DNA of 55,351 nt from Candidatus Bipolaricaulota bacterium (GCA_938083225.1 CALKCH010000016.1:1-55351); one strand, 5' to 3'; shown: positions 26,050-35,574, counted from the stretch's first letter. Numbers and translations are program-made. The notes: generated from the sequence alone by a model not told the origin.

Positions 26050-27374
26050 GCCACCGCCCTCTCAAAGCTCATCTCCAAAAGGCGGCGCAGCTCCACCGCG
26101 TACTCCAAGGGGATTTCCTTGAGAATAGGGGAGACGAAGCCGTTCACGATGAGGCTTAGGGCCTGGGACTCGTCGAGACCACGGGACATGAGGTAGAAGA
26201 GATGCTCTTGGGAGACGCGGCCCACGGTAGCCTCGTGGCCCAGCTCTACTTCGTCGTTTTCGGCGTTGAGAACAGGGATGGTCTCGGTGCGCGCCTCCGG
26301 GGAAAGGAGAAGGGTGGAGCACTCCACGTGCGCTTTCGCGCCCCGCGCTTCAGGAGCCACATGCACGGTGCCCCGAAACACGCTTTTGGCCCTTCCCTGC
26401 ACCACGGACCGGGACACAAGCCGCGAGGTGGTCTCCGGCGCCCGATGGATGGCCCGGGCCCCAGTGTCCAGCCACATCCCCTCTTGGGCGAAGGTGAACG
26501 AGAGGTTTTCGGTGCTCGCACCTTTTCCCAAGAGCACGGTGGTGGGGTAGAGCATGGTGACCCTACTGCCCAAGGATCCCGAGACCCAGTCCACGCGGGC
26601 TCCGGCGTAAGCCCAGGCCCGCTTGTTGTTGAGGTTGTACACGTTTTTGGCCCAATTCTGGATGGTGGTGAACCGCACCCGAGCCTCTTCCTTGGCATAG
26701 ATCTCCACCATGCCGGAATGGAGGCTCATCTGGCTGTAGCGCGGCGCGGAGCAGCCCTCAATGTAGTGCACGGAGCTTCCCGCTTCGGCGATGATGAGGG
26801 TGTGCTCGAACTGTCCCACCCCCTCCGTCTGCATGCGGTAATAGGCCTGAAGGGGAATTTCTACCTCCACCCCCTCCGGAATCCACACGAACGTCCCTCC
26901 GCTCCACACCGCGCCGTGCAGGGCGGCGAATTTATTGTCCTCCGGAGGGATGATCTTCATGAAGTACTCTTGCACCCAGGGGAATTCCCGCACAGCTTGC
27001 TCCATGCTCGTGAAGATCACGCCTTTGGCCCGCAGGTTAGCTAAAAGGGAACGGTACACCTCCTCAGAGTCCACCTGGGCGCCGAGGCCCGCCAAAACCT
27101 TCTGCTCGGCCTCGGGGAGTCCCAACGCTTGAAAGGTGCGCCGGATCTCCTCGGGCAGGTCCTCCCAGCGCCGCACGGGCTCCACCGGTCGGGCGTAATA
27201 GGTGAGGTCCCCCAGGTCCAACTCCGAAAGGTCCGGACCGAACCTGGGCATGGGGAGTTTTTCGAAGATCTCCAAGCACCTGAGCCTGTGGGCGCGCATC
27301 CACGCCGGCTCGTTCTTTTCCCAGGAGAGCTCTTCCACGAAATCCCTGGACAGTCGTGCCGCTGACACCCTCAT
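26046..27374 (-). CDS. sufB: Fe-S cluster assembly protein SufB
   Basis: ...HTLIIAEAGSSVHYIEGCSAP... followed by the beta-helix C-terminal half. It sits between sufC and sufS with 4-nt overlaps. Confidence 0.85.
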   Translation of the reverse strand: MRVSAARLSRDFVEELSWEKNEPAWMRAHRLRCLEIFEKLPMPRFGPDLSELDLGDLTYYARPVEPVRRWEDLPEEIRRTFQALGLPEAEQKVLAGLGAQVDSEEVYRSLLANLRAKGVIFTSMEQAVREFPWVQEYFMKIIPPEDNKFAALHGAVWSGGTFVWIPEGVEVEIPLQAYYRMQTEGVGQFEHTLIIAEAGSSVHYIEGCSAPRYSQMSLHSGMVEIYAKEEARVRFTTIQNWAKNVYNLNNKRAWAYAGARVDWVSGSLGSRVTMLYPTTVLLGKGASTENLSFTFAQEGMWLDTGARAIHRAPETTSRLVSRSVVQGRAKSVFRGTVHVAPEARGAKAHVECSTLLLSPEARTETIPVLNAENDEVELGHEATVGRVSQEHLFYLMSRGLDESQALSLIVNGFVSPILKEIPLEYAVELRRLLEMSFERAVA

Positions 27375-28093
27375 TTTCGGACCACCTCGAATCCCAGTTC
27401 CCCGATTTTCCAGGCCAGCTCTGAGCCACCCTGCTCCACGATTTTTCCTTGCCAGAGCACGAAGACCCGCGCGGGCGGTACATGCGTGAACACACGGGGA
27501 TAGTGGGTGATGACGAGGACCGCCGTGCCCGTCTCGGCCATTTCGGCGATGACCTCAGCGATGAGGCGCAGGGCGTCCACGTCCACCCCGGAATCCGGCT
27601 CATCCAACAGGGCCACTTTGGGCCGCAGCATGTAAAGCTGCATGAGTTCAGCCCGTTTTTTCTCGCCTCCAGAAAAGCCCAGATTCAGCTCGCGGTCGCG
27701 GAACTCCTCCATGTTCAGCCGCGTCAGGGCCTGAGGGAAGGCTTTTTGAAAGTCACAGAATTTTTGGCCGCGAACGCTGCAAGCCAACCGCAGGAACTCC
27801 CGCAACCTCACCCCCTCCACCTCGGGCGGGTATTGAAACGCCAACAACAGCCCGGCTCTGGCGCGTTCATGGGGAGGCGAACCCAGGAGGTCCTGGCCAT
27901 CCAAGAAAACCTGGCCCCGGGTCACCTCGTACGCCGGATGCCCGGCCAAAGCCAAGGCCAGTGTGCTTTTTCCCGAACCGTTGGGACCCATGAGAGCATG
28001 GACCTGCCCGGGCTCAAGCTCCAGGTCCACCCCCTGGAGCACGGGCTTCCCGGCCACACGCACGTGCAAATCTCGCACTGTCAGGATGGGCAT
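27371..28093 (-). CDS. sufC: Fe-S cluster assembly ATPase SufC
   Basis: Walker A GPNGSGKSTL, GFSGGEKKRAE, LLDEPDSGVD, ITHY. Confidence 0.9.
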   Translation of the reverse strand: MPILTVRDLHVRVAGKPVLQGVDLELEPGQVHALMGPNGSGKSTLALALAGHPAYEVTRGQVFLDGQDLLGSPPHERARAGLLLAFQYPPEVEGVRLREFLRLACSVRGQKFCDFQKAFPQALTRLNMEEFRDRELNLGFSGGEKKRAELMQLYMLRPKVALLDEPDSGVDVDALRLIAEVIAEMAETGTAVLVITHYPRVFTHVPPARVFVLWQGKIVEQGGSELAWKIGELGFEVVRK

Positions 28094-28148
28094 GACCCAA
28101 AATCTTACCTAAAGGTCCGATTCAGTGCAACGTGCTATACTCACGGGT

Positions 28149-29552
28149 ATGGAGCCTGTCATCGGCTTGGAGATCCATGTGCAGCTCAAGACGCGCACCA
28201 AACTCTTCTGCTCTTGCTCTGCGGAGTACTTCGCCGCGCCGCCCAACACCCTCACCTGCCCGGTCTGCTTGGGTTTACCCGGTGCCCTGCCTGTCCTGAA
28301 CAAAGAGGCCGTAGAGCTGGCCCTGCGCGTAGCACTGGCTCTGAATGCTCAGGTGCAGGAAGCCTCCCAATTCGACCGCAAGAACTACTTCTACCCCGAC
28401 CTCCCCAAGGGATACCAGATCACCCAGCGCCAGGTCCCCCTCGCTACGGGGGGAAGCTTCGCGTTCAAGGTGGAGGGAGAGACCAGAACCGTGCGCATTC
28501 GGGAGCTGCACCTGGAGGAAGACGCGGGAAAACTCGTGCACACCGAATCCCGCACCCTGGTGGATTTCAACCGCTGTGGGGCCCCTTTGGTGGAGATTGT
28601 GACCGAGCCGGAAATTCATTCTCCGCGAGAAGCCCGGGAATTTTTGCGAGCCCTGCGCATCTTGCTCCGCCATCTTCGCGTGTCTACGGTGGACATGGAA
28701 AAAGGGGAGCTCCGGTGTGACGCCAACGCGTCCTTGGCTGTGGCTGGGCGGTTGGGAACGAAAACGGAGATCAAAAACTTAAACTCCTTCCGGGCCGTGG
28801 AACATGCTTTGGCTGCAGTCCTGGAATACCAGCGAGAAAAACTTGCCAGCGGAGCAAAAGTGGAGCAGGTGACCTTTGGCTGGGACGAGGGGAAAAACGA
28901 ACTTATTCTTCAGCGCACCAAAGAAGAGGCCCACGACTACCGGTATTTCCCAGACCCCGATCTCGTGCCCCTTGTGGTATCCCCAGAATGGCTGGGGGAG
29001 GTGCGGGCAAAGATGCCGGAGCTCCCTTGGGAGCGGGCGGCCCGCTGGGCTAAGGAATACGGGGTTCCGGAGCGCGAAGCCGAGGCTCTGTTGGCCGAGC
29101 CCGTCCGTGCCGATTTCTTCGAGGAAGTGGCGCGACAGGTTCCCAACCCCCGCGCGGCTGTGGGCTGGGTTCTCTCCGAGCTTTGGCCCTACTGGACCGA
29201 CGAGGAGCCGCCTATTTCCGCTCAGGATTTGGCCCTGATCATCCGCAAAGTGGAAGAGGGAGTTTGCCCACGCCTAAAAGCCAAGAAGATTCTGGAGCAA
29301 GTGGTCACCGGCCGAGGGTCGCTCAGCGCCCTTATCCAGGAGGTGGAGGGCGAAGTGCTGCGGGATGAGCGGGAACTGCAGGCCTTGGTGGCGGAGGTGA
29401 TCGCAGCCCATCCGCAAGCGGTGGCAGACTTTCGGGCCGGTAAAACTCAAGCGCTAGGCTTTCTGGTGGGCCAGGCGATGAAGAAAGCCCAAGGAAAGGC
29501 CGACCCCAAGCGTCTGGCCCAGATCCTCCAGGCCCTGCTCAGCGGAGGATGA
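28149..29552 (+). CDS. gatB: Asp-tRNA(Asn)/Glu-tRNA(Gln) amidotransferase subunit B
   Basis: MEPVIGLEIHVQLKTRTKLFCSC..., DRKNYFYPDLPKGYQITQ, and a C-terminal GatB/YqeY domain. An alternative GTG start at 28125 is possible. Confidence 0.9.
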   Translation: MEPVIGLEIHVQLKTRTKLFCSCSAEYFAAPPNTLTCPVCLGLPGALPVLNKEAVELALRVALALNAQVQEASQFDRKNYFYPDLPKGYQITQRQVPLATGGSFAFKVEGETRTVRIRELHLEEDAGKLVHTESRTLVDFNRCGAPLVEIVTEPEIHSPREAREFLRALRILLRHLRVSTVDMEKGELRCDANASLAVAGRLGTKTEIKNLNSFRAVEHALAAVLEYQREKLASGAKVEQVTFGWDEGKNELILQRTKEEAHDYRYFPDPDLVPLVVSPEWLGEVRAKMPELPWERAARWAKEYGVPEREAEALLAEPVRADFFEEVARQVPNPRAAVGWVLSELWPYWTDEEPPISAQDLALIIRKVEEGVCPRLKAKKILEQVVTGRGSLSALIQEVEGEVLRDERELQALVAEVIAAHPQAVADFRAGKTQALGFLVGQAMKKAQGKADPKRLAQILQALLSGG

Positions 29553-30327
29553 GAAGGTTTTCCGGCTCCGAGAGCTGAATTTCCGGCAACCCCTGGTACA
29601 GGCGGATTTCTCCCAGGGCCCGTACAGTGACACCCTTTAAGTTGGCCCAAAACCGCGTTCCAAAGGCGGCCTCAAACTTGCCCACGAACCTTGCAGGGAT
29701 GTAGAGCGTGAACCTTCCGGGGTCAGGGTACGGTTTGCCAAGATTAAGAAAGACATCGCCAGCTCGGCTCGTGCCCACGCTCACCACTGGCCCTTCCACA
29801 CAAGCGGTCTCTCCCACATGCTTTCCTGCCTCGTTCCAGGAGTAAACCACCGGGCAAACGGGCCTGGGCGTGCTCCAGGGGGCCTGGTCCAAATAGGCCA
29901 AAACTCGATCGTAACGGCTGGCCCCAGGCAAAGGAAGGTGGGAAAAGAGCTCGGTGGCCACGAGGACCGCGTTGGCCATGAGCTTTCTCCCCTGGTCCAG
30001 GTACACGTAGGCCAGAAGCGTTCCTGTCTCATCGCGAACGACCTCGTCCAGTTCGAGGAAGACCTGTTTGCCTTCCACCAGGAGGACATTGAGGTTTCGC
30101 AGAGCTGAGGGGGAAACCCCTGGTGCTGGCTGTACCCCGATGTACCGCACGGTGACCTCACTATTTGTGGTGAGATTCGCGGGCGCTGGGAAGGGCAAAG
30201 CCTCCATGCGCACAACGATCGTGATCCCATCGCTTACTTCTACCACCCGGGCCACAATTTGGGGAGCACCCCAAGCTAGAACGCCAAGGCCTAACGTAAC
30301 CCATACTAGAAGGACCAATTTTCTCAC
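29539..30327 (-). CDS. secreted SNase-fold-like protein with C-terminal OB-like tail (catalytic motifs degenerate)
   Basis: Signal peptide MRKLVLLVWVTLGLGVLAWG. Its layout parallels the 36786..37619 protein (LLAYVYLD.. / VRALGEIRLYQGLPEIQLSEPENL). It has SDGIT instead of DGDT and no APE motif. Confidence 0.55.
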   Translation of the reverse strand: MRKLVLLVWVTLGLGVLAWGAPQIVARVVEVSDGITIVVRMEALPFPAPANLTTNSEVTVRYIGVQPAPGVSPSALRNLNVLLVEGKQVFLELDEVVRDETGTLLAYVYLDQGRKLMANAVLVATELFSHLPLPGASRYDRVLAYLDQAPWSTPRPVCPVVYSWNEAGKHVGETACVEGPVVSVGTSRAGDVFLNLGKPYPDPGRFTLYIPARFVGKFEAAFGTRFWANLKGVTVRALGEIRLYQGLPEIQLSEPENLLILR

Positions 30328-30370
30328 GTCAAAACCTCCTTTAAGTCGATGGTACCAGCTTGTCCCACTT

Positions 30371-31303
30371 CTAGGGAAGAACCGCGGTGGTGTAAAGTTC
30401 GCGTAGGGGCAGGGCCCGAGCGATCATCCCCGTGGCCAGGAGAAACGCCTGCATTTCCTCCCAGCGCCCTTGCTCGTCGTGGCGAAGACCCACAGCGTAC
30501 AGAGGAACTGTCACCGCGAAGCTCCGCCTATTCAGTTCGTCCGCAAGCTCAGGGAAAACCCCGGTGAAGAGAGCAAAACTTTCCTCAGGATGAGCGCGAA
30601 CGTACTCGACCCCTAGCGCGATGGCGCGCAGCACAGCCCTCACCTCCGCTGGCCTTTTCCCAAGGAGCTCAGGATGAACCACAAACACAAGCTCGTAGGT
30701 ATTAGGAACGCCGTAATCTTCCTGGGGGAAGAACACGGGGGTAAAACCTTGGAGTTCAGCGGCCAGAGGCTCGTAGTTTCTGAAGGCGCCGATGGCAGCT
30801 ACGGCTCCGCTGAGAAGAGCGGGAAGAGTACTCATTCCCGTGTAAACGAGCTCGTACTCTCCGGGCCGAAGGCCCACGGAGGCGAGCATGGTCCGCCAGA
30901 GCACCGGCTCCAGTGGCTCCAGAGAGTAGCCGATGCGCTTTCCTTTGAGGTCCGCGAGCTTCTCCACCCCGTGTTCGCGAAGACCGAGCAGGCCACCCAG
31001 GGCTCCGTCGATGAGGGCTCCCACGGCGATGAGGGGCAAGCCCTCATCTTTGGCGAGGAACAGGTTGATCTGGGGAGTGAGCCCCATTTCCCCTGCTTTT
31101 GCCGCCACCAGTTTCGCCGGAGCACTGGGGTCGGACGGCACCACGAGCTCCACCTCCACTCCCTGGTCCCGGAAGAACCCGAGCTCTTGCGCCACATAAA
31201 GGGGCACGTGGTTGGGATTGGGGTAAAAGTCCAGAACGATGCGGAACTCACCGCCCGCGCTCCCCAAACTCGCGACCCATAGCAACACAAAAACCCAGGG
31301 CAT
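30371..31303 (-). CDS. NMT1/THI5-like (NitT/TauT-family) ABC substrate-binding protein
   Basis: FRIVLDFYPNPNHVPLYVAQELGFFRDQGVEVELV is the typical NMT1/THI5-like opening. An N-terminal signal peptide is present. Confidence 0.75.
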   Translation of the reverse strand: MPWVFVLLWVASLGSAGGEFRIVLDFYPNPNHVPLYVAQELGFFRDQGVEVELVVPSDPSAPAKLVAAKAGEMGLTPQINLFLAKDEGLPLIAVGALIDGALGGLLGLREHGVEKLADLKGKRIGYSLEPLEPVLWRTMLASVGLRPGEYELVYTGMSTLPALLSGAVAAIGAFRNYEPLAAELQGFTPVFFPQEDYGVPNTYELVFVVHPELLGKRPAEVRAVLRAIALGVEYVRAHPEESFALFTGVFPELADELNRRSFAVTVPLYAVGLRHDEQGRWEEMQAFLLATGMIARALPLRELYTTAVLP

Positions 31304-31315
31304 AGCCCCAAAATT

Positions 31316-32059
31316 TTACCGTCTTCGCCGGGAGAACAGACGTTCCCCGGCGCTTACGGTCCAGAACAATCCCAGCCCAAGGAGGGTAAGCGCCAGGACC
31401 GCCGCGAACACGCGGTCCAGGCGCAAGCGGGCATTGGCTTGAATCATGAGGTAGCCGAGGCCTCGGCTGGCCCCTACCCATTCGCCCACCGTGGCCCCCA
31501 CAAGGGCCAAGGTGGCTCCCACCCGCAGACCCGAAAAGAAGAACGGGAGCGCTGCTGGAGCGCGCACCATCCGGAAGATCCGCGCCTCGCGCGTTCCCAA
31601 AGCTTGGAAGAATTCCACGAGCTCTGGACCCTGGGAGCGCAGGCCATCCAGGAAGTTGACGGCCACGGGGAAAAACACGAGGAGTGCGGCCACTGCCACT
31701 TTTGGCCAAATCCCAAACCCAAACCAAAGCACAAAAAGCGGGGCTACAGCGAACACAGGGATCACCTGGGAGCCCACGAGGAACGGGATCAAGGCCCGGC
31801 CGATGGGGCGCACGTAGTAAGCAAGCACTGCCACCCCTACGCCCACGATTGCCCCCATTCCCAGTCCCAACGCGACCTCCACCAGTGTGAGGGACGCGTG
31901 GTAGAGGAGAAGAGAAAAATCTCGGACGAAGGTGGAGAAGATCAGGCTAGGTGGGGGGAGGACATAAGTGGGGAGGCGGAGGAGATGAACCGCGCCTTCC
32001 CAAAGAACAAGAAGCATGGCTACCACCAAAAGTGCGGTGGCTTCAGCTTTTCTCGTCAT
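31316..32059 (-). CDS. NitT/TauT-family ABC permease
   Basis: Six TM segments. The start is taken at ATG 32059 (MTRKAEATALLVVAMLL...) and overlaps the ATPase 3' end by 17 nt. Confidence 0.75.
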   Translation of the reverse strand: MTRKAEATALLVVAMLLVLWEGAVHLLRLPTYVLPPPSLIFSTFVRDFSLLLYHASLTLVEVALGLGMGAIVGVGVAVLAYYVRPIGRALIPFLVGSQVIPVFAVAPLFVLWFGFGIWPKVAVAALLVFFPVAVNFLDGLRSQGPELVEFFQALGTREARIFRMVRAPAALPFFFSGLRVGATLALVGATVGEWVGASRGLGYLMIQANARLRLDRVFAAVLALTLLGLGLFWTVSAGERLFSRRRR

Positions 32060-32804
32060 AGTTTTTGGCCGAGGCCAAAGCCCAGAGGGCTTGGGCTCGC
32101 AGCGCTTGCACGGCTGATCCGGATCTCTCGCGTGGTCTGGGCATGGGCACAAGAACGCTCATCGCCACGCGAGCCGGCCGCGGGGTAAGAACAAAGATCC
32201 GATCAGAAAGAAGCACAGCTTCTTCAACATCGTGGGTCACAAGTACCACCGTTTTGCTCAGGTTTTGCCAGACCCGCAATAGCCACTCTTGGAGCTCCGC
32301 GCGGGTCAAGGCGTCCAGCGCGCCCAGGGGCTCGTCCAGAAGGAGAAGGTTGCGGCGGGCGAAAAACGTGCGGAGGAGAGCAATGCGTTGGCGCATGCCT
32401 CCGGAAAGTTCGTGGGGCAAACTTTGGGCAAAGCGCGCCAAGCCAAAGTCAGAAAGCAGCGCCCAGGCTTGCCGTTTAGTTTCCGAATCCACAGGGCCCT
32501 CGGCTTCCCGCGCGGCCATAATATTTCCGAGCGCCGTGCGCCAAGGAAGGAGGGACTCGCCTTGGGGCATGTAGGCCACGCGACCTCGGGGGGATCCCCC
32601 TTCCACCAGAACCGTTCCCGCCTGTGGAGGGAGAAGGCCGGAAGAAACTTTAAGGAATGTGGTTTTCCCACAACCCGATGGCCCCACCACGCTCGCCCAC
32701 TCTCCCTTCTCCACCGCTAGGGAAAAGTCCTCCAAAACAGGGAGGAAACCCTGGGGAGTGGAGAAACCAAAATGGACCCGATTCAATTCCAAGAGAGGGC
32801 TCAC
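32043..32804 (-). CDS. NitT/TauT-family ABC ATP-binding protein
   Basis: GTG 32804 overlaps the tdk stop (GTGA). Walker [10 protein letters not shown], signature LSGGMRQRIALLR, Walker [14 protein letters not shown]-loop VTHD. Confidence 0.8.
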   Translation of the reverse strand: MSPLLELNRVHFGFSTPQGFLPVLEDFSLAVEKGEWASVVGPSGCGKTTFLKVSSGLLPPQAGTVLVEGGSPRGRVAYMPQGESLLPWRTALGNIMAAREAEGPVDSETKRQAWALLSDFGLARFAQSLPHELSGGMRQRIALLRTFFARRNLLLLDEPLGALDALTRAELQEWLLRVWQNLSKTVVLVTHDVEEAVLLSDRIFVLTPRPARVAMSVLVPMPRPRERSGSAVQALRAQALWALASAKNYDEKS

Positions 32805-33376
32805 GGAGAGAAGAAATGTTCGCGGCAGCGTGGTTCGTAAGTTTCCAATCCCCCCACGAGGACTTCGGGGCCGTCCGTTACAGGACGTCCGGAGAGGAGG
32901 CGCTGCGAGCGCGTGGCAGGGTTCCCGCACACGGTGCATACGGCGGAAAGTTTTAAGACCTCATCGGCCAAGGCCAAAAGAACGGGCATGGGCCCGAAGG
33001 GCTCGCCGCGAAAATTCAGATCTAATCCTGCTACAATCACCCGTTTCCCTCGGTGGACCAAAATTTCACAGAGTTCCGGAAAGTCCGGACCGAAGAAATT
33101 GGCCTCGTCAAAAGCCACCACTTCCGCGCTTTCCAGGGCTTCCTTAGGCACATACGTTGCGAAAGTGGCTGCGTGAACGTTAACGGGAAGGATGAAGCAC
33201 GGAAAGCTTCGGCCGTTGTGGGTTACCACGCGATCGTGGGCGTAGCGCGTGTCAAGTTCCGGTTTACAAAGGATCACCGTTTTCCGGGCGATTCTGGCGC
33301 GCTCCAACCGGCGCAAAAGCTCCTCGGTTTTGCCAGCAAACATAGGACCAGTGATAACTTCCAGACGTCCCGGCAT
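32801..33376 (-). CDS. tdk: thymidine kinase
   Basis: MPGRLEVITGPMFAGKTEELLRR, FDEANFF, and the C-terminal zinc ribbon CTVCGNPA...YEPRCREH. Confidence 0.9.
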   Translation of the reverse strand: MPGRLEVITGPMFAGKTEELLRRLERARIARKTVILCKPELDTRYAHDRVVTHNGRSFPCFILPVNVHAATFATYVPKEALESAEVVAFDEANFFGPDFPELCEILVHRGKRVIVAGLDLNFRGEPFGPMPVLLALADEVLKLSAVCTVCGNPATRSQRLLSGRPVTDGPEVLVGGLETYEPRCREHFFSP

Positions 33377-33466
33377 GATCCCGAGGATTGTAGCCAGGCT
33401 AAACACTCAGGCCACTTCGGCAAAGTCTTGTTGAGCTGAGCTCTTTGGAGTAAAGTCCAATGCCCG

Positions 33467-34318
33467 ATGTTCAGCGCTCAGGGGACGGCGATCTATCGCG
33501 TACGCCGCGGGCTCTGGTCGGTTTTGATTTACTCCCTGCTCCTTTTCACCGCGGTGATCATGGCCTTGCCGTTCTTCTGGATGATCACCACCTCCCTCAA
33601 GGATGTCTACCAAGCCCTGCGCCTACCGCCCGTGTGGATCCCAAATCCCCTGCACTGGGAGAACTATGTTTCTGCCTGGAACGCTGCGCCATTCGGTCGC
33701 TACTTCTTCAACTCTTTCCTGATTGCCATCACTACCACCGTCGGTGAAGTGATCACCACCATTTTCGCGGCTTACGCCTTTGCCAAAATGAATTTCTTCG
33801 GGAAAAGCGTGCTGTTTAATCTCTTTTTGGGCACGCTGATGATCCCCGGGCAGATGCTCCTTGTGCCCAGCTTTGTGCTCATCAATCGCCTCGGCGGGTA
33901 TAATACGTATTGGGCATTGATCATCCCCTGGACCGTGTCTGTATTTGGCGTCTTCCTTTTGCGCCAGTTCTTCCGCACAATTCCCGATGAATTCTGGGAT
34001 TCCGCACGGTTGGACGGGTGTTCCCGCATACGCTACGTCTTGCAAATCGCCGTTCCCCAGGCCCGTCCGGGCATTGCCACTGTGGCCCTCTTCAAATTCG
34101 TGGGCTCATGGAACGCGTTCCTGTGGGTCATCATCATGACCGACAGAGTTCAACTACGCACAGTGCCTGTAGGCCTGCGGTACTTCATGCAGGAGTTCAA
34201 CCAGGACTATCATCTGCTTATGGCTGCCGCTACGATGGCCATCGTGCCCATCTTGATCCTCTTCTTCTTCGCCCAAAAACAGTTTATCCAAGGCGTTGCC
34301 CGCACGGGGTTGCGCTGA
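33467..34318 (+). CDS. CUT1-family ABC permease (MalG-like)
   Basis: Six TM segments and the EAA loop DSARLDGCSRIRYVLQIAVPQARPG. Confidence 0.8.
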   Translation: MFSAQGTAIYRVRRGLWSVLIYSLLLFTAVIMALPFFWMITTSLKDVYQALRLPPVWIPNPLHWENYVSAWNAAPFGRYFFNSFLIAITTTVGEVITTIFAAYAFAKMNFFGKSVLFNLFLGTLMIPGQMLLVPSFVLINRLGGYNTYWALIIPWTVSVFGVFLLRQFFRTIPDEFWDSARLDGCSRIRYVLQIAVPQARPGIATVALFKFVGSWNAFLWVIIMTDRVQLRTVPVGLRYFMQEFNQDYHLLMAAATMAIVPILILFFFAQKQFIQGVARTGLR

Positions 34319-34377
34319 GGGGGTGAGAGCAGGGAAAAGAGTGTGTACGGTAGGCCAAAAATAAGGAGGTGGACTCT

Positions 34378-35574
34378 ATGCGGCGGATGCTTGTGGCGTT
34401 GTTGGTTGTGGTCCTAGGACTTGGGGGCTTCGGCCAGGTGACGATCTCCTTCTGGCACGCCATGTCCGGAGCCCTGGGAGAGGCTCTCACCTCTCTGGTG
34501 CAGAAGTTCCAGGCGGAAAACCCTGACGTTGTGGTGGATCTCGTGTACCAAGGTGGCTACAGCGCCCTCCAGCAAAAGCTGATCGCTGCCGTGGCCGCGG
34601 GCCAGCCGCCCACTTTGGCCCAGCAGTACGAAAACTGGACCACCCAGTGGTTGGACGCTCTTGTTGACCTGGACCTCTTCCTCCCCGAAGAGGTGTTGGC
34701 TGATATCCTTCCCCAATTCGAACAAATTTTCGAGGGTCGCATCATCACTGTACCCTTCAACAAGTCCATCCTGGTTCTCTATTATCGGCCAGACTTGATC
34801 CCCAACCCGCCCAAGACCTGGGAGGAGTTCGAGGAGTTGGTGGCCCAAGTCGGCAAGGATGAGGCAAAAGGAGTGTACGGCACGGCTTATCGGCCCCCGA
34901 ACCCCGAGATCTTCCTCACCTTGCTCCATCAGGCTGGGGGGTCCATCCTCTCTGAAGACTGGACGAAAGTGACCCTCAACGATGCGGCGGGCCTGGAGGC
35001 CGCGGAGTTTGCCGCCCGCACCGCTAAGTACGCCCTTGTTCAGAGCGCCTACATTTCTGATGCCGTCCAGAAAGGCATTACTGTCGCCATGTGGATCGAC
35101 ACTTCCGCCGGGTATACCTACAACATGAACGCGGCCAAGACCGCGGGAGTTCCCTTGAGCGTGGCCCCTGTCCCTTGCTACAAGAATTGCGCCTCCATGA
35201 TCCAGGGCACGAACCTGGGCATCTTCTCTGTGAACCAGACCCGCGCCCAGATCGAAGCTGCCGCTCGGCTCATCGCCTTCCTCCTCCGCGAGGACAACAT
35301 CGTGTACTGGGCCCAGAAGACGGGATACCTTCCCGTAACGAAGACCGCGATCTACGGGAAGCTCTGGCAGGACTACATCGCCCAGCGTCCAGAGCATAAG
35401 GTCATGACGGACCAGCTCCTCGCTGGTGGGTTCGGGCAGCTCCTCCACCCCAAGTACATGGACATCCGTAGTTTGCTCATCACCTACTGGGAGCTCCTCC
35501 TCAAGGGAGAGGGCGCACCTAAGAAGATCCTGGACGCGCTGGCGGCGGAGATCGCGAGCGTCATCGGCCAGTGA
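34378..35574 (+). CDS. CUT1-family extracellular solute-binding protein
   Basis: ATG 34378 lies 11 nt after AAGGAGG. Signal peptide MRRMLVALLVVVLGLGGFG. SBP_bac_1-type sequence (ISFWHAMSG...). Confidence 0.8.
   Translation: MRRMLVALLVVVLGLGGFGQVTISFWHAMSGALGEALTSLVQKFQAENPDVVVDLVYQGGYSALQQKLIAAVAAGQPPTLAQQYENWTTQWLDALVDLDLFLPEEVLADILPQFEQIFEGRIITVPFNKSILVLYYRPDLIPNPPKTWEEFEELVAQVGKDEAKGVYGTAYRPPNPEIFLTLLHQAGGSILSEDWTKVTLNDAAGLEAAEFAARTAKYALVQSAYISDAVQKGITVAMWIDTSAGYTYNMNAAKTAGVPLSVAPVPCYKNCASMIQGTNLGIFSVNQTRAQIEAAARLIAFLLREDNIVYWAQKTGYLPVTKTAIYGKLWQDYIAQRPEHKVMTDQLLAGGFGQLLHPKYMDIRSLLITYWELLLKGEGAPKKILDALAAEIASVIGQ

Noticed and set aside
27449-28720. 423-aa ORF on the plus strand
   Set aside because: It runs antisense through sufC and then out of frame through gatB, both of which have unambiguous motifs.
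33377-33466. Second TPP riboswitch upstream of the tdk / NMT1-THI5-like ABC operon
   Set aside because: The spacer is only about 90 nt and contains no CUGAGA / ACCUGAUCCGGGUAAUGCC-type elements on the minus strand.
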